This document shows, piece by piece, positions 1-12,190 of a DNA stretch of 64,000 nucleotides. Both the position numbers and the translations under genes were made by a program. The number at the start of each line of letters is the position of its first letter. Position 1 is the stretch's first letter. Origin of the DNA: Octopus sinensis (Eukaryota); NCBI RefSeq assembly GCF_006345805.1, contig NW_021832602.1:186001-250000 (forward strand), written 5' to 3'. The notes beneath the pieces are model-generated. The model saw only the letters and a list, made by a program, of their open reading frames with translations, was not told where the DNA came from and ran no database searches.

Positions 1-10
1 CATTATATCG

Positions 11-1605
11 GTGAACGCGCGCTCCTTGTCCGGTAAAGGAGACGCCGTTCAGAGGATGTTGGCCAGCACGAGTGCGGACATTCTGGTGGTCAACAAAACG
101 AAGGTAAAGGGGGGTCCGTACGTAGTTGATGGCTACAACTGTTGTCACATACCCTGGAAACAGGGGTCAATATGTGGCACGGGAACTAGCCTCTTCTACA
201 AGCCGTACCTCGCATTGCAAAGTTCAGGTTTATGTTCTTGTAGCCTATGCGAATTCCTTCAAGTAAGGATTCGTATAGGTAACTTTACATTTCACCTAGG
301 GGCGATGTATTCGAAGAACTTTACGGCGTGTTCCTGGCACGTACGGGAGTTCTTTGGAAAGCATCCAAAGGCGATGGTTGTTGGAGACCTGAATGCCAAG
401 CACATAGAGCTTGGTTTCAGGGTAACCAATGCGCATGGTTTGGCTCTGAAGACGCTGGTTGAAGACCTCGGGCTGGAAATCCGGACTTCAAGTGAGCCAA
501 ACCACATCGATTCGCGAGGCGGACGAGACTGGCTAGGGCTTGCTCTGGTCAGTCCTGTAATGCTAAATTGGGTTAGTAAAACAATTTTATTGCCCGATAT
601 TGGAAGCGACCATCTGCCTCTATTGCACGAACTCCGCGAGCCAGTCCCTCAAAGGGTTCCGGGATACTTCGACCTCCGGTCGGGTTCTTGGGCCAACCTG
701 GAGAGGTTCATGGCCAGCAGGTTGCCCTCACTTCTGGTGGGGAATACCTGTGCCAATATACGTGAGTTGGAGGCGTTAGATAATGGAATCAATGCTGTTC
801 TGACTGATTATATGCGAGATAATTTTAAATAGAACTCAGTGCAGGGTAAGTCACATTCCACGCTCCCATACCGGGTCTTAAATAAAATTAAGTTTAAGCG
901 CCGGCTATCCAGACAACGGGACAAATGCGTTTACGAGGAAAACCGCGTTTGGTTTCGTGGCTGGATTAGCCGGCTTTGGAGGGAGATCAGAAGAGAAATC
1001 CGCGAATTTGAAAGTTCACGGTGGAGCGCGTAGACGCCCGCTTCCCGGACTTCTGGAAACAGTTGAAGAGCCTGTCGGAGAGAGGGGTAGCAAATTCAGT
1101 GCGCCTTAAACGCTCTGATGGAACCCTCGTTTCGGACCCGGTTGAGGTGGCTGAAATATTTTCGACCCACCTCGATAACATCTCTGGAACTGACGGAAGC
1201 CAGTTCGTGGAGACATCGTCCTTTGATACTGTCCAGCAGATATTGTCGTGGGACAAGCGCTGCCAGCTGGGCATATCAAGGAACGATGCAGGCGATATTT
1301 CCGAAGCGGAGATTCTGGCAGCGATCTCCCGAAGTAAGAACACTGCGGCGGGTCTGGATCGGATCCCTATGGCCATCTTTAAGAAGGCCCCGTTGTTGAT
1401 CACCGCCTTACAGGTCTTGTTTAGCGGAAGCTTGCGACTTGGGATGATTCCCTCTAGATGGAAAGTGGCTGAGGTAATCCTTATCGGAAAACCCAGGATG
1501 CCTCATGATGTCCCCGGGGAATACAGGCCCATTTCCTTGCTTCCCGCTGTACCTAAAATTTTAGAAAGGATTATGCACCGAAGGCTCCTGGAGGAGCTGA
1601 CGGTA
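11..1605 (+). mobile_element. Degenerate I/Jockey-group LINE ORF2: APE endonuclease plus N-terminal reverse transcriptase, 3'-truncated
   Basis: VNARSL, GDLNAKH and GSDHLP endonuclease motifs (ORF 11-832). AAGLDRIP...YRPISLLPAVPKILER RT motifs (ORF 1021-1620). Stop and frameshifts lie between them. Confidence 0.9.
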
Positions 1606-1612
1606 CCCTACA

Positions 1613-2329
1613 GTGGATAACTTAATTGCCTCCATTAAAGGACTTGTTCTCAAAAACAGTAGTCGAAGGCAACTATTTTCTGAAATAGGACTACCTCCAG
1701 AACTTATTGTTACTAGATGGGGAAGCTGGCTTCGAGCAACCAAGTACTACGCGGAACATTTCTCCAGAGTGTTGGAAATATGTAATTCGTTAAAAGGAGA
1801 ATCCCTATTGATTCGGAGGGCAAAAGAATCAATAAACCATGAAGGACTTTTTAATGGTTTAAAAGAAATATGGAATCACTATTCTTCATTTGCAGATGTT
1901 TTTCCTGAAATTGAGTCCACAAACTTTTCAATCGAGAAGGCTATTAATTTTTTGAAAATACTCGATCTGAAAGAAGATACCTGCAAAATAAAAGAATATA
2001 TTGATAAAAGAATGAATAAGAATGAAATTATGAAAATTGTTAACGTAGAAGAAAATTTTTCGCCTATGGAAAAGTTGCGACTACTCCAATGTCAGGCAAC
2101 TACATGTTATGTGGAGCGTTCATTTTCAATTCTCCATAAAATTTTGGCAAAAGATCGGAATTTTAAACCGGAGAACCTTAAATTTTATATGATTCTTTAT
2201 AACTCCTGATTAAAAAAATTCTTGGCTCTTTTTAGGTCAACTTTTGGTCAACTTTCGTTTTTTGGGTCAATTTAGTTGACTTTTAGAGGTCAATTTTTGA
2301 TCTTTTAGGTCAACTTTGTGGTTGCCCTA
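1613..2329 (+). mobile_element. 3' half of a CGGBP1-like hAT transposon
   Basis: ORF has TRWGSW and the C-terminal CYVERSFS dimerization-type motif. Subterminal GGTCAA repeats follow. It ends in GTTGCCCTA, the reverse complement of the TAGGGCAAC terminus of the related element at 53137. Confidence 0.8.
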
Positions 2330-3058
2330 GTCATTTCACGTATCATTTTATTATTTATGGTGTGATTACAGAAACGTTTATTCCGAATCTATGCATATAA
2401 TTGTTTATATATTTTATCAGTACAACTTTCAAATGTAGTATTCTTTTTTCGTTTATGACGTTCTGATCCATACAATTGCATTTTCTTCAACGTTGAATTG
2501 ATCACTCCGATAAGAATATAGAACCCCTGAGCCAAATTTTTTTTGATTAACACCAGGAATCTTTTTTGAAATCAACAACTTTTAGTTTTTTTAATTTTAT
2601 AAGTTGTTTTTTATATTGTTCATCCTTGCACACATTGTTTCTTATAAATTAAAGAGTTTAGGGAGCTTAATGAAGCGATTGAAAAAAGAAAAAACCATAG
2701 ATTCAGAATTTACGCAAAAAATTTTGAATCTCTGACAGAAAGGCATTTATTCGAAAGAACAATTGCTTACTCAGATTTTTGTTGTATAGAAGAGGAAGAA
2801 TTAAAGCAAATAATAATAGAGGTTATATAATTTTCCCTATGTTTATAATGCACATAATTCTAATTATTTTGGCAGAGATAGAATGATTAATCAGCTGTCA
2901 GAAAAAATTTACAGTGTTACTCAAAATGAGATTAAAAATGCCATTTAAAATTGTGTTTTTTTTCAGTTATAATAATTAAAATAAGACGTTTAGTTAAAAA
3001 GATTGATGCCAACAAAACCTCCTAAATTTGATCATTATTAAAAATCATTTATTAAAAA

Positions 3059-3641
3059 ATGTCGGTTTTCTACTTGTTGATTTTGTTTTACGAGAGACTG
3101 CAATAAGAGAGAATATATTAGAAACTGATTATATAATTGATTCACAGGTAACAATCATTAATATATGATAAGATGAAAAGAATGGATACCCTAAACAAAC
3201 TACATTCATCACTGAGAAATGACTTTGTTTCAATCTACGACACTGCAAAGACAGTTCATAGAGTAGTCTAAAACATCTTAGAGTACTTTGATTGAGTTGT
3301 TGGGAAAGTTGATTTACAGCCAGTTCGGACTGGATATTCCACAGTTGGACGATGAGATAGAAAGGTGGTGTGAGTGTATTTGTGTGTAGAGAAGTCGTCT
3401 TGAAAAATAGAGCCAATCTGAGACAAGTACTGGAGACGAGGAAAAGTGAGGCTGCTGTGTTTTTGGGAGGAGTGTCCCTCTTGTTTAATATTGTGACTGA
3501 AATGACGTTGCTGATTCCAGGGCGGTGTGGAGGGGTGGTGTGTCGTATGTTAGCGGGGAGTATTACCCCACACGAATGTGCTCTCTTGGCCATGTGCGAG
3601 GGTGACTATCTTTTTTAATTATAGAGAGTGCTTGTCGGCAG
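3059..3641 (+). pseudogene. Putative micro-intron-containing host gene of unknown function, cut at its 3' end by the Helitron
   Basis: A continuous frame (..ETDYIIDSQ|MKRMDTLNKL..|STLIELLGKL..|EVVLKNRANL..CE|ESACRQ) results from removing GT-AG segments of 25, 19 or 28, 25 and 23 nt. No homolog recognised; start codon uncertain. Confidence 0.35.
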
Positions 3642-4420
3642 TTAAAACCTTCCCCCCAAAAAAAAATTAAAAAAAAATTTCTGCATTTTGGTTAAAATGA
3701 ACAACTACAATGTCCTCGAATTACATGATGAAGTCCTTTAAAACCTTCCCCCCAAAAAAAATTAAAAAAAAATTTCTGCATTTTGGTTAAAATGAACAAC
3801 TACAATGTCCTCGACTTACATGATGAAGTCCTTAAAACCTTCCCCCCAAAAAAAAATTAAAAAAAAATTTCTGCATTTTGGTTAAAATGAACAACTACAA
3901 TGTCCTCGACTTACATGATGAAGTCCTTAAAACCTTCCCCCCAAAAAAAATTAAAAAAAAATTTCTGCATTTTGGTTAAAATGAACAACTACAATGTCCT
4001 CGACTTACATGATGAAGTCCTTAAAACCTTCCCCCCAAAAAAAATTTAAAAAAAATTTTCTGCATTTTGGTTAAAATGAACAACTACAATGTCCTTGACT
4101 TACATGATGAAGTCCTTAAAACCTTCCCCCCAAAAAAAATTAAAAAAAAAATTTTCTGCATTTTGGTTAAAATGAACAACTACAATGTCCTCGACTTACA
4201 TGATGAGGTCCTTAAAACCTTCCCGCCAAAAAATCAAAAAATTATTTTCTGCATTTGATTAAAATGAACAACTACGATGTCCTCGACTTACATGATGAGG
4301 TCATTAAAACCTTCCCGCCAAAAAATCAAAAAAATATTTTCTGCATTTGATTAAAATGAACAACGTTAATGTCCTCGACATTCATGATGAGGTCCATTAA
4401 AACCTTCGAGGCAAAAATCT
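3642..4420 (+). repeat. Tandem array of about 95-bp units (about 8 full copies plus a partial) inside Helitron copy 1
   Basis: Unit TTAAAACCTTCCCCCCAAAA..CTGCATTTTGGTTAAAATGAACAACTACAATGTCCTCGACTTACATGATGAAGTCC repeated head to tail with no spacers. Confidence 0.95.
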
Positions 4421-5655
4421 CACGTATTAAGAATATCCTTGATGAAAACGACAGCGAGAATATTAACAATGATGAACTCCCAATTATTCACGATAAAGAA
4501 ATTCAATTCATCCTATGTTTTTCTCTTTAAAATTAAATGCATATATCATTATCGACCATGAATCAAAATTAAAGCTATTATCATATTTGACTTTGACAGA
4601 ATGTGCAATTACAGATTGCACGACCTTGAATAGAGTGTGCAATTAACAGATTTTGAAAAACACTTTGATAGTTGAAACCACATTAGCACAATCATTAACA
4701 CAATTTACCACCAATTGACAGCGCAATCAGAAGAATTTGCGTAAAAATATTAACTATTTAGTTAAGTTTTTCGTAAAGATAGAATTTATTTTCGGTATGC
4801 CTCTTTTCCTAAACTTTCTTATTATTCAAAAATAATTTTTTCAATAGATAACCGAAGGAGGGAAGACGACCTTAAGAAAAGAAGTTTTTCGTAAAGATAG
4901 AATTTATTTTCTGTATGCCTCTTTTTTCCTAATATTTTTTATTATTCAAAAATAATTTTTTAAATAGATAACCTTAGGAGGAAAAACGAAGCTGAAGAAA
5001 AAACGGTCCGCTTAATAAGGTAATTAATTAAATCTATTTTGTGTGTCGCTTTTTTGCCTGCCGCATCTTCGCCTGCCGCTTGAATTTTTAAACTCCTTAG
5101 ATCCCTCTGGAATGCCGAATCATCTTTTAAAATTAAAGATAGGCGTTCCAGTGGTTTTATTACGAAATCTTGCGCCACCTAAATTATGCAACGGAACGAG
5201 GTTAGTTATCAAAAATTTGATGGCTAACGTAATAGAGGCGACGATATTCACAGGTAAGTATAGAGGTGAGGATGTTTATATTCCACGAATTCCGATAATT
5301 TTTGATGAATTACCACTTAGATTTAAAAGGCTGCAATTTCCTTTGAGGATGAGTTTTGCAATGACAATAAACAAGGCCCAGGGACAGTCATTAAAGGTAG
5401 TTGGGTAATTTTTAGAGAGTGAGTGCTTTTCACATGGACAGCTGTATGTGGGATGCTCGAGGGTAGGCAGAAGAGAACATTTATTCATATATGCCAAGGA
5501 AGGACGGACGACAAACATCGTTTATCAACAGGCGATAGAATAGGGTTACATTAAACCAGGTAGTTTTATACATCTACATAAACTTATAGTTGTTTGATGA
5601 AACAGGCCCTCCGCAGGAGCTAGGTCGCGGTGAGCGAAGCGAGCTGCCGAGCTAG
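3642..5655 (+). mobile_element. 5'-truncated non-autonomous Helitron (copy 1) with PIF1-helicase C-terminal remnant
   Basis: [42 protein letters not shown] helicase motifs. GC-rich subterminal segment and CTAG|T end at 5652-5656. Near-identical to 25063-27140 on the opposite strand. Confidence 0.92.
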
Positions 5656-5719
5656 TAATAATTAAAATAAGACGTTTAGTCAAAAAGATTGATGCCAACA
5701 AAACCTCCTAAATTTGATA

Positions 5720-6180
5720 TTCATCACGTATGTGGAAGCGCACTGTGGATACAAGGAAGACGGGAACTATGTGCCGATCTACAACCAAATTGACTGCATT
5801 GTGTGTCGCAAAAGAGACACATGGCTTCTACAAGACTCTCGTTCTTACGGGGGCTCGGTTGTTGACAGTGACCACAAGATAGTCATCGGCAGATTCAATC
5901 TGAAGAAATTATATGTGCTGGATAAAACAAATCGTCAACTCCCTCATAAATCGGACAGATACTTGACAGAAAAACTGGCTCCCTCACTATCGACTCGAAA
6001 CCTCTATAAATCATCCATCGATGAATCCCTTAAAAACATGGAAACTGGACTTATACCTTCAGCCGCTTGGAAGGCAATGTCAGCCAACATTCACTCGGCG
6101 GCAAATAAATATGTTGGAAAGCAGCCAAAAAATACGCACTCTATCGGGCTGTGTCACCCGACAAGGATAAGGGAAAGGTA
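5720..6180 (+). mobile_element. RTE-clade LINE endonuclease fragment
   Basis: YNQIDCI..DSRSYGG..DSDHKIV resembles the endonuclease C-terminus of the RTE at 55892-58909. Confidence 0.75.
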
Positions 6181-6269
6181 ATTACGAATTTAATAATTTT
6201 TAAATTTAACGAATCAATTAAAAACTGAATATCTTCAACTAATTTGAGAACAGCTTATCATTGGATTGA

Positions 6270-6724
6270 AAATAAGTTTTGAACTTAACCGAAGGCAGTT
6301 TTACAGAAACTTGACTGAGAAAAAAGAAGAATACACAGTTTATGTTTGACCAGAGTCAGTGTCTCTCATTCTGGAGAGTGTTTGGGTAAAACATGAGCCC
6401 GTGAGGGACTCGATTTTATTGGATAACCGGGTGACTGGTGCCGAGGACACGACGGCTGATTTTGGAAAAGACACCATTATTGAGATCATTAACCAGCTGC
6501 CAAATTGGAAGGCATGTAGATGCGATGGCATATACAATTTTTTCTTGAAAAAGTTTACTGCGGTCAACGATGACCTCTATAAGAACGTCGCGGATATCAT
6601 ATATGGAAAGTACACACCTGATGAGTGGTTCTACACAGGGATTACCCATCTTATTCCAAAAAAAGAAATTTGTGACTCACTCAAGGACTTGAGGCCGATT
6701 ACTTGCATGTCAAATCTATATTAA
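6270..6724 (+). mobile_element. R4/Dong-like non-LTR retrotransposon RT fragment
   Basis: FELNRRQFYR..NWKACRCDGIYNFFLKK..WFYTGITHLIPKK..DLRPITCMSNLY. Confidence 0.7.
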
Positions 6725-6889
6725 TGAGGCTGTTGGTTCATTTACTATTTTGTCATTTATAGTTTTTTGTGCTGGCTGTTTACAGCGAGATCAAATAATT
6801 TCCGAAATGTACAGACTTTATCACCAAAAACTAAATTTGACAATTTAAAAAAATAATTTAGTAATATGATGAAATGTCTGTTACGACTT

Positions 6890-7200
6890 CAGTTGATATA
6901 TCTGTGATTCTCAAACATGGGTTTACTTCTATAGAAAAAGATGGATTTAAAATCCCAACATGTGTTGTTTGTAGGAAACTCTGTCACAAAATAGTATAAA
7001 ACTGACAACTCTTTTAAGACACTTGCACATAAGTCATCCCATCTGATGCATATAAATAAGGATGTTTTTATTTTATTGCGTCAAAAATAAAGAATCGAGT
7101 ATTGACTCGTTTTATACAAACTTTGCCTCCTGATAATTCCATGCTATTAGCATCTTACATGATTTGATTACGTATTGCGAAAGAAAAGAAACCTCGCAAT
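6890..7200 (+). mobile_element. Buster/ZBED5-like hAT transposase N-terminal fragment (degenerate)
   Basis: KHGFT..PTCVVC..RHLHISH BED finger and LLASYMI*LRIAKEKKP. Confidence 0.65.
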
Positions 7201-7204
7201 CCAC

Positions 7205-8178
7205 CGGTATGGTATTGTCACAAAAAAGAGTGCAGAACTAGTTCTGGATTGAAAGCCGGTATAAAATACGTTGTAAAAATGTACAGGAACTTGGCTAGAG
7301 GGAGCCAGAGTACCTTTGGAGGATATCATAAGATTTATTTTCTTGTGGGCCAATAACATATCATCGGTCAAAGTGTGTTCAGACAATTTGGGGTGGGCTG
7401 GGCATACGACTGTGGATTGGTCGATGTACCTTCGTGATATTTGCATACAATCACTCACATCTCGTCGAAGAAGGAAAATAGGTTAGTGTATATTTAAATA
7501 GTATTAGGAGGTGAAGGAATGGTAGTCGAGATAGATGAGAGTCATTTCTCAAAACGCAAATTTAACAAAGGCCGAGTATTGCCCAAGCAATGGGTATTTG
7601 GAGGGATATGTCGAGAGACAAAAAGCTGTTTCCTTGAGATGATCCCAGACCGTACAATGGAGACTCTCTCAAATGCGATATTGAACAATGTTGAAGAAGG
7701 AACTATTTTAATATCGGACTGTTGGAAAGGATATTCTTCAGAATTCCTTGAAAGTGCAGGATATCATCATTTAACCGTGAATCACAGATACCACTTTGTC
7801 GACTCTACTACGGGAGCACACACAACACATTGAACGGTTTGAAATTAATAATTAGTTAATAGAATGTGTGGGAGCGCGAAATGGCGCAATAAGAGACAGA
7901 GAGGGACTGTCCGCAGGCATATGAATAGCTACTTCTCAGAATTTATCTGGAGGCAAGAACACAAGAAACAGGAATTTGAGAAAATTGTCGAAGCTATATC
8001 AATATGCTGGCCACCTCATGACCAAAGTGGAGGATAAATTAGTTAAATATTTAAAAAAAATTAGTAAATAATTCATTTTTTATAGTAATTAATTATAAAA
8101 CACATATATTATCACTGGAAAAAATAGTATTATTTTGAAACTCGCAAAAAGTGGCTGTAGACTACTACAAAAGTACCC
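7205..8178 (+). mobile_element. Merlin (IS1595/ISXO2-like) transposon, 5'-truncated; transposase has three micro-introns
   Basis: WYCHKKECR..GTWLEG..TVDW..LRDIC..KIGGEGMVVEIDES..ISDCWKGY..VNH..SAKWRNK..SYFSEFIWR. GT-AG introns at 7259-7286, 7482-7507 and 7837-7862. A 2-nt deletion lies in a CA run near 7820. Possible terminus ..AAAAGTACCC at 8178. Confidence 0.88.
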
Positions 8179-8799
8179 AGTGATATATAAAAACACAAAA
8201 AATTTTGTATTGATTTTCTTTTTTACTTTAAAATAAAGTTACAAACGATTAAAATACAGAAAATTTCAATAAAATTAAATTTCAAAAAAAGATTTAAAAA
8301 TAGCAGATTAAAAAAACAAAATCAAAAAATTTCAAAAGTGAAAGAAACAGATTAGAGGAATAAAGTCAAAAAATATCTCAAGAATGATGAAATTTCAGAT
8401 AGATTAATCACTAAAAGAAATTGCATCACAAAATATTCCTTCTGAATCCAATTAAACAAAAAAAATAATATGAAGTATAATAAAAACAAGTACAACAGAA
8501 TAAAAATAACACGTGTGAGTGTTTATCATACTTTTATTAAAAATGTATCTAATTAAACATTTCTTAATTAATAATAAAATTTATTTATATTAAAAATGAC
8601 AAAATAAAAGTTTACCGAGGGGTTACAATTGAGAATCACTGATATAGATTATGATTCACTTGATGAGGTCACTCACATAATATATCTGATCCACTTTCAT
8701 AACCTACATACTATAATTGATTGAGGGAAGAATAAATATTAATAAATACAGTTTTTGCTGCTCTTAACTGTACACGAATAATAAAAATATATTTGCAGA

Positions 8800-9010
8800 C
8801 AATTTGAAGAATGCAGACTACTTTCCAGAACTTGTACGCCTTGTCGTCCAAGAAGAGTGCCGGTAGAATTTTTCGCCACATTCAACTTAATGACTTTGTC
8901 AAGAGGACTCTAAAGTCGACTGGTTTCCCTATCACTCTAGATCCAGTCGACCTTTTCTGGAGCGACGGGAAGCGTTCCGACACGATGACGATCTTTCCTT
9001 TCCTGATTTG
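8800..9010 (+). mobile_element. CRE-clade retrotransposon RLE-domain fragment
   Basis: SAGRIFRHIQLNDFVKRTLKSTGFPITLDPV..DGKRSDTMTIFP. Confidence 0.8.
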
Positions 9011-9074
9011 AAATGTCAGGCACGTCCCTGATTTGAAATGTCATCTCCATCGACCCGAGGATGCCACCCAAAAC

Positions 9075-10950
9075 TTACAGCAACCCAGGTTTCCTACGTT
9101 TAGTCAGGATCGCCTCAATTTCCTTATGAAATTCTGCAGTTTTGAATCCCACTACGCCCGACGTCTCTATTGAGATTAGGACAAAACGGAAAAGTTTTCC
9201 AATCTCCAAATACTTAGATATCTTCGCCTTTTCTGCTTCATTAGCAGCCCAATCGGGAGAATTAATATTTCGGAGAATCATGGAGTTGGAGAACGTATCT
9301 ACACACGTCGCATCTCATGAGAGTGATTTTTCTTGGGAGTTCAGGAAAAGAGTTATTCCATCGAGTCTTCTGCCATCTCCCCGGTCCAGACCAATGGGTT
9401 TTAGTTGTGATGGAAATCCCTCGTCCCTGAGGGTCCGTCGTATTGTGTCGTTAAGTGCAGCATGGCGGGGAGCGCGACCTGCACTCCTCTGGGAAGACAA
9501 GGGATGTAGTCCTTTGGAATCAACTGTTTCTTCGCACCGGCATCTGTGTTCCTGACAAACGTTAAGACCCAGACGTTGTGCAACACCGATTTTCACACAA
9601 TCGTCGTCTATAAGCGTACAGAATGAAGTGCATGGAAATGCTTGGAGCCATGCTCCGCTTTCGTTTTGTGCCCCAGAAAGCAAACAGACAAGACAGTATT
9701 GGTTAAACTCCCGTTTCAGGTCATCAACAATAGCCTTGCACAATATTGCGTCCCTACAATTTCGCCTCGAGACATCATCGGGGATCAAAAGTCCAGCTTC
9801 CAAGCAAACCTCGTAAAATACTGTGTCCAAGGAAAGTCCAGAAGTGTGACGTAGGACTTGCTGGAAGAAATGACTGCAGCTTGAGAGCGATAACAGATCT
9901 TCGGGTTTTTGGAAGGCCAGTGAATGTGCACTGAACAGAAGCTTACTTGCAAGAGGGGGGATATCCCCGTTCAGAATACAAATGACCAGTTCTGTAATTG
10001 ATTTGACAAAGTTGCAGCCAGCCTCTCCAGCAGCCCCAGCCATGAGATCCTTGATGTGACCTGGAAGGAGATCATCGATACCTCCACTGCTGCTTCGCCG
10101 CAGTTTGGCTTCGGTGACAGTTGTCCTTGGCATATCTCCCGGGAGCACGAATGGGCGGTAATCTTCCGGCAGACGAGGATGTTTTCGTCTGATCTATTCG
10201 AGAACTTCAGGCGTTACGGCCAAAACGGTATCGTCGATGGAAACGACCCGCAACGCCGCCCGAACGTCGCCTTCAAGAAGTTTACGTTCCAAAAGAGCTA
10301 TTGATCGGCATCCGGATGTTTTGGTTTCAAAACTTTCGTTTTGTTAATAGATCGTTATTGGAAATCCTGGATATTTTTTTTCATTTTTGAAGAGAGGGAT
10401 TTTCCATGTATGTCACTTTATCTAGTGTTCCGATGTTGTTCTTTTGACTCAATGTAAGCCAAGTGCAAGCGGGGCGAAGCCGAAGAGTTTGAGCCTCTTA
10501 TTCGTTGGACGTGAGTGCATCGTCAATAGCAGAAGTCAGGCATCTAGCTGCAGAAATCCGGACGAATCTTGGGATCTTGAGTAGAATCTTTTTGGCCTTC
10601 CTTTGCTAGGACAAGAAAATCAAGAGAGAGTCCGTATTGTCAAAATCCAACTGCTCATTATATTCGGCAGGCTCATTTGGAATGTTCGCCTGAGTCTTCC
10701 GACCAAACCCCATACATGCACACTTTCTATTCTCTTCTTTCAAAGTTCGCTATTTTGAAATGCTACAATATCGTTAATTTCTTGTCAAAGTACTGTTTAG
10801 GATAATTTATCCGGATTTTATCCCCAGAGTCTGTCTGTGCTGGAAGCTCTGATCGAGTTTTACGAATGACGCCCTCCTAGATATTTTATCACACGCGGAC
10901 TAAATATATAAGATGGACTCCGGGTGGGATGCTTTGGGTTTCCTAGCCGC
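9075..10950 (-). mobile_element. Internally deleted CRE-clade retrotransposon
   Basis: N-terminal IPRFVRISAA segment, partial pre-RT region, SGAWLQAFP..CRC..AGRAPRHAALND..DGRRLDG and IETSGVVG RLE motifs. Confidence 0.85.
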
Positions 10951-10954
10951 ACTA

Positions 10955-11100
10955 CAGTGAACCCTCGCAAATTGGCCATTTTTAGAACATGAAAATTTTA
11001 TGGCCAATTAAAAAAATCAATACTTAAAAAATTAAAATCTTTGTATTCTTGGAATCGATCATCTTTTTTCTCGTGATCGTCTGCGGAATAAATGTGAGAA
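10955..11100 (+). mobile_element. Possible pogo/Tigger-like terminus
   Basis: TA|CAGTGAACCCTCGC resembles pogo TIRs. I found no partner end or transposase. Confidence 0.35.
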
Positions 11101-11623
11101 TCTGTCAGCCAAAAGCTGACACGAAACACTATCATTTTCTTCCTTGTAGTTTATAATTTGTGTTTTTTCATACTAAGTGAGTCGAGTATAACAAATAATA
11201 TCAAAAGATGTATAATTAAAATTTTCTAGTTAAAATTTTCAATATTGCTACGATATCAGCAAAAACCGGGTCGCAGGCTATTCCAATAAATCCTCACATT
11301 TTTTTTTAATATACTTATATTTATTAAAAATATGGAAAGTTAAATTAATCAGAAATCCTCACATTATATCGAAAATCTGAATATAAATACTTTTTTTATT
11401 ACATGTCCGTCGTTTAATGCAGCCTTCGTTGAAGCAACGAAAGTGTTGTCAGAATGAAAAGACCACATATCAAAAAGAAAGATATTGCTAAGACGTCTTC
11501 TAAAAATTTTAAAGCTGAAATAGCATTAAAAAGTGCTGAAATAATATTGATCTGCCATAAAGACATTATGGCTATATTTCCATACGTGCGGCAGTTGAAA
11601 TGATTTTTTTCGACGATCCTTCT

Positions 11624-11850
11624 TCATCCTCCCCTGTTGCATACTAAGCTCCTTATTGTATCCAGATTATCCCCACTTTTAAGCATGCGGTTGATTGATT
11701 TGATCTCTTCCGCTAGTTTAATACGCGGGCGCATCCGATATTTCTTTCCACTTGAGCAAAGTATTTTGCAATAGCCAAATTTGCAAACGACGTTGGGTCC
11801 AATCGTAGGACATGTCCAAACAGTCTCCATCGGGCCTCCATCACATTCCA
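11624..11850 (-). mobile_element. RTE 3'-end fragment
   Basis: [32 protein letters not shown] matches the C-terminus of the RTE at 55937-56509. Confidence 0.8.
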
Positions 11851-11854
11851 GGTC

Positions 11855-12190
11855 ACAAGTGTCGGAGCATGTCGCGTCCCAAATGAGGCATTTCCCATGG
11901 TCGAAGGGAAATGTTGTCATGCCATCTGGGACCTTTCCATCTCCGCGATCCAACCCGACTGGTTCTAACACATTAGGAAATCCCGCAGATTTCAGGGCAC
12001 GGCTTACCACATCATTAAGCCCAGAGTGGCAAGGGAAACGACCAGCGCTACGACGGAAAGATAGCGGGTGTAGTCTCAAGGTGTCAATCGTCTGACATTA
12101 CCGGCATTGATGCTCACGGCGGATGTTAAATCCATGACGCAGAGGCATGACGCCATTGCGATGGCTGTCAGTCAGGCTCCTGAATACTTT
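11855..12190 (-). mobile_element. CRE RLE-domain fragment fused directly to the RTE fragment
   Basis: [53 protein letters not shown]. Confidence 0.85.

Noticed and set aside
3129-3593. 154-aa minus-strand ORF
   Set aside because: It is antisense to a plus-strand model with host-type introns and has no recognisable motif.
3642-4420. 95-bp repeat array as a CRISPR array; 63-aa ORF at 4067-4258
   Set aside because: The units are contiguous with no unique spacers, there are no cas genes, and the array lies within a Helitron. The ORF is just translated repeat.
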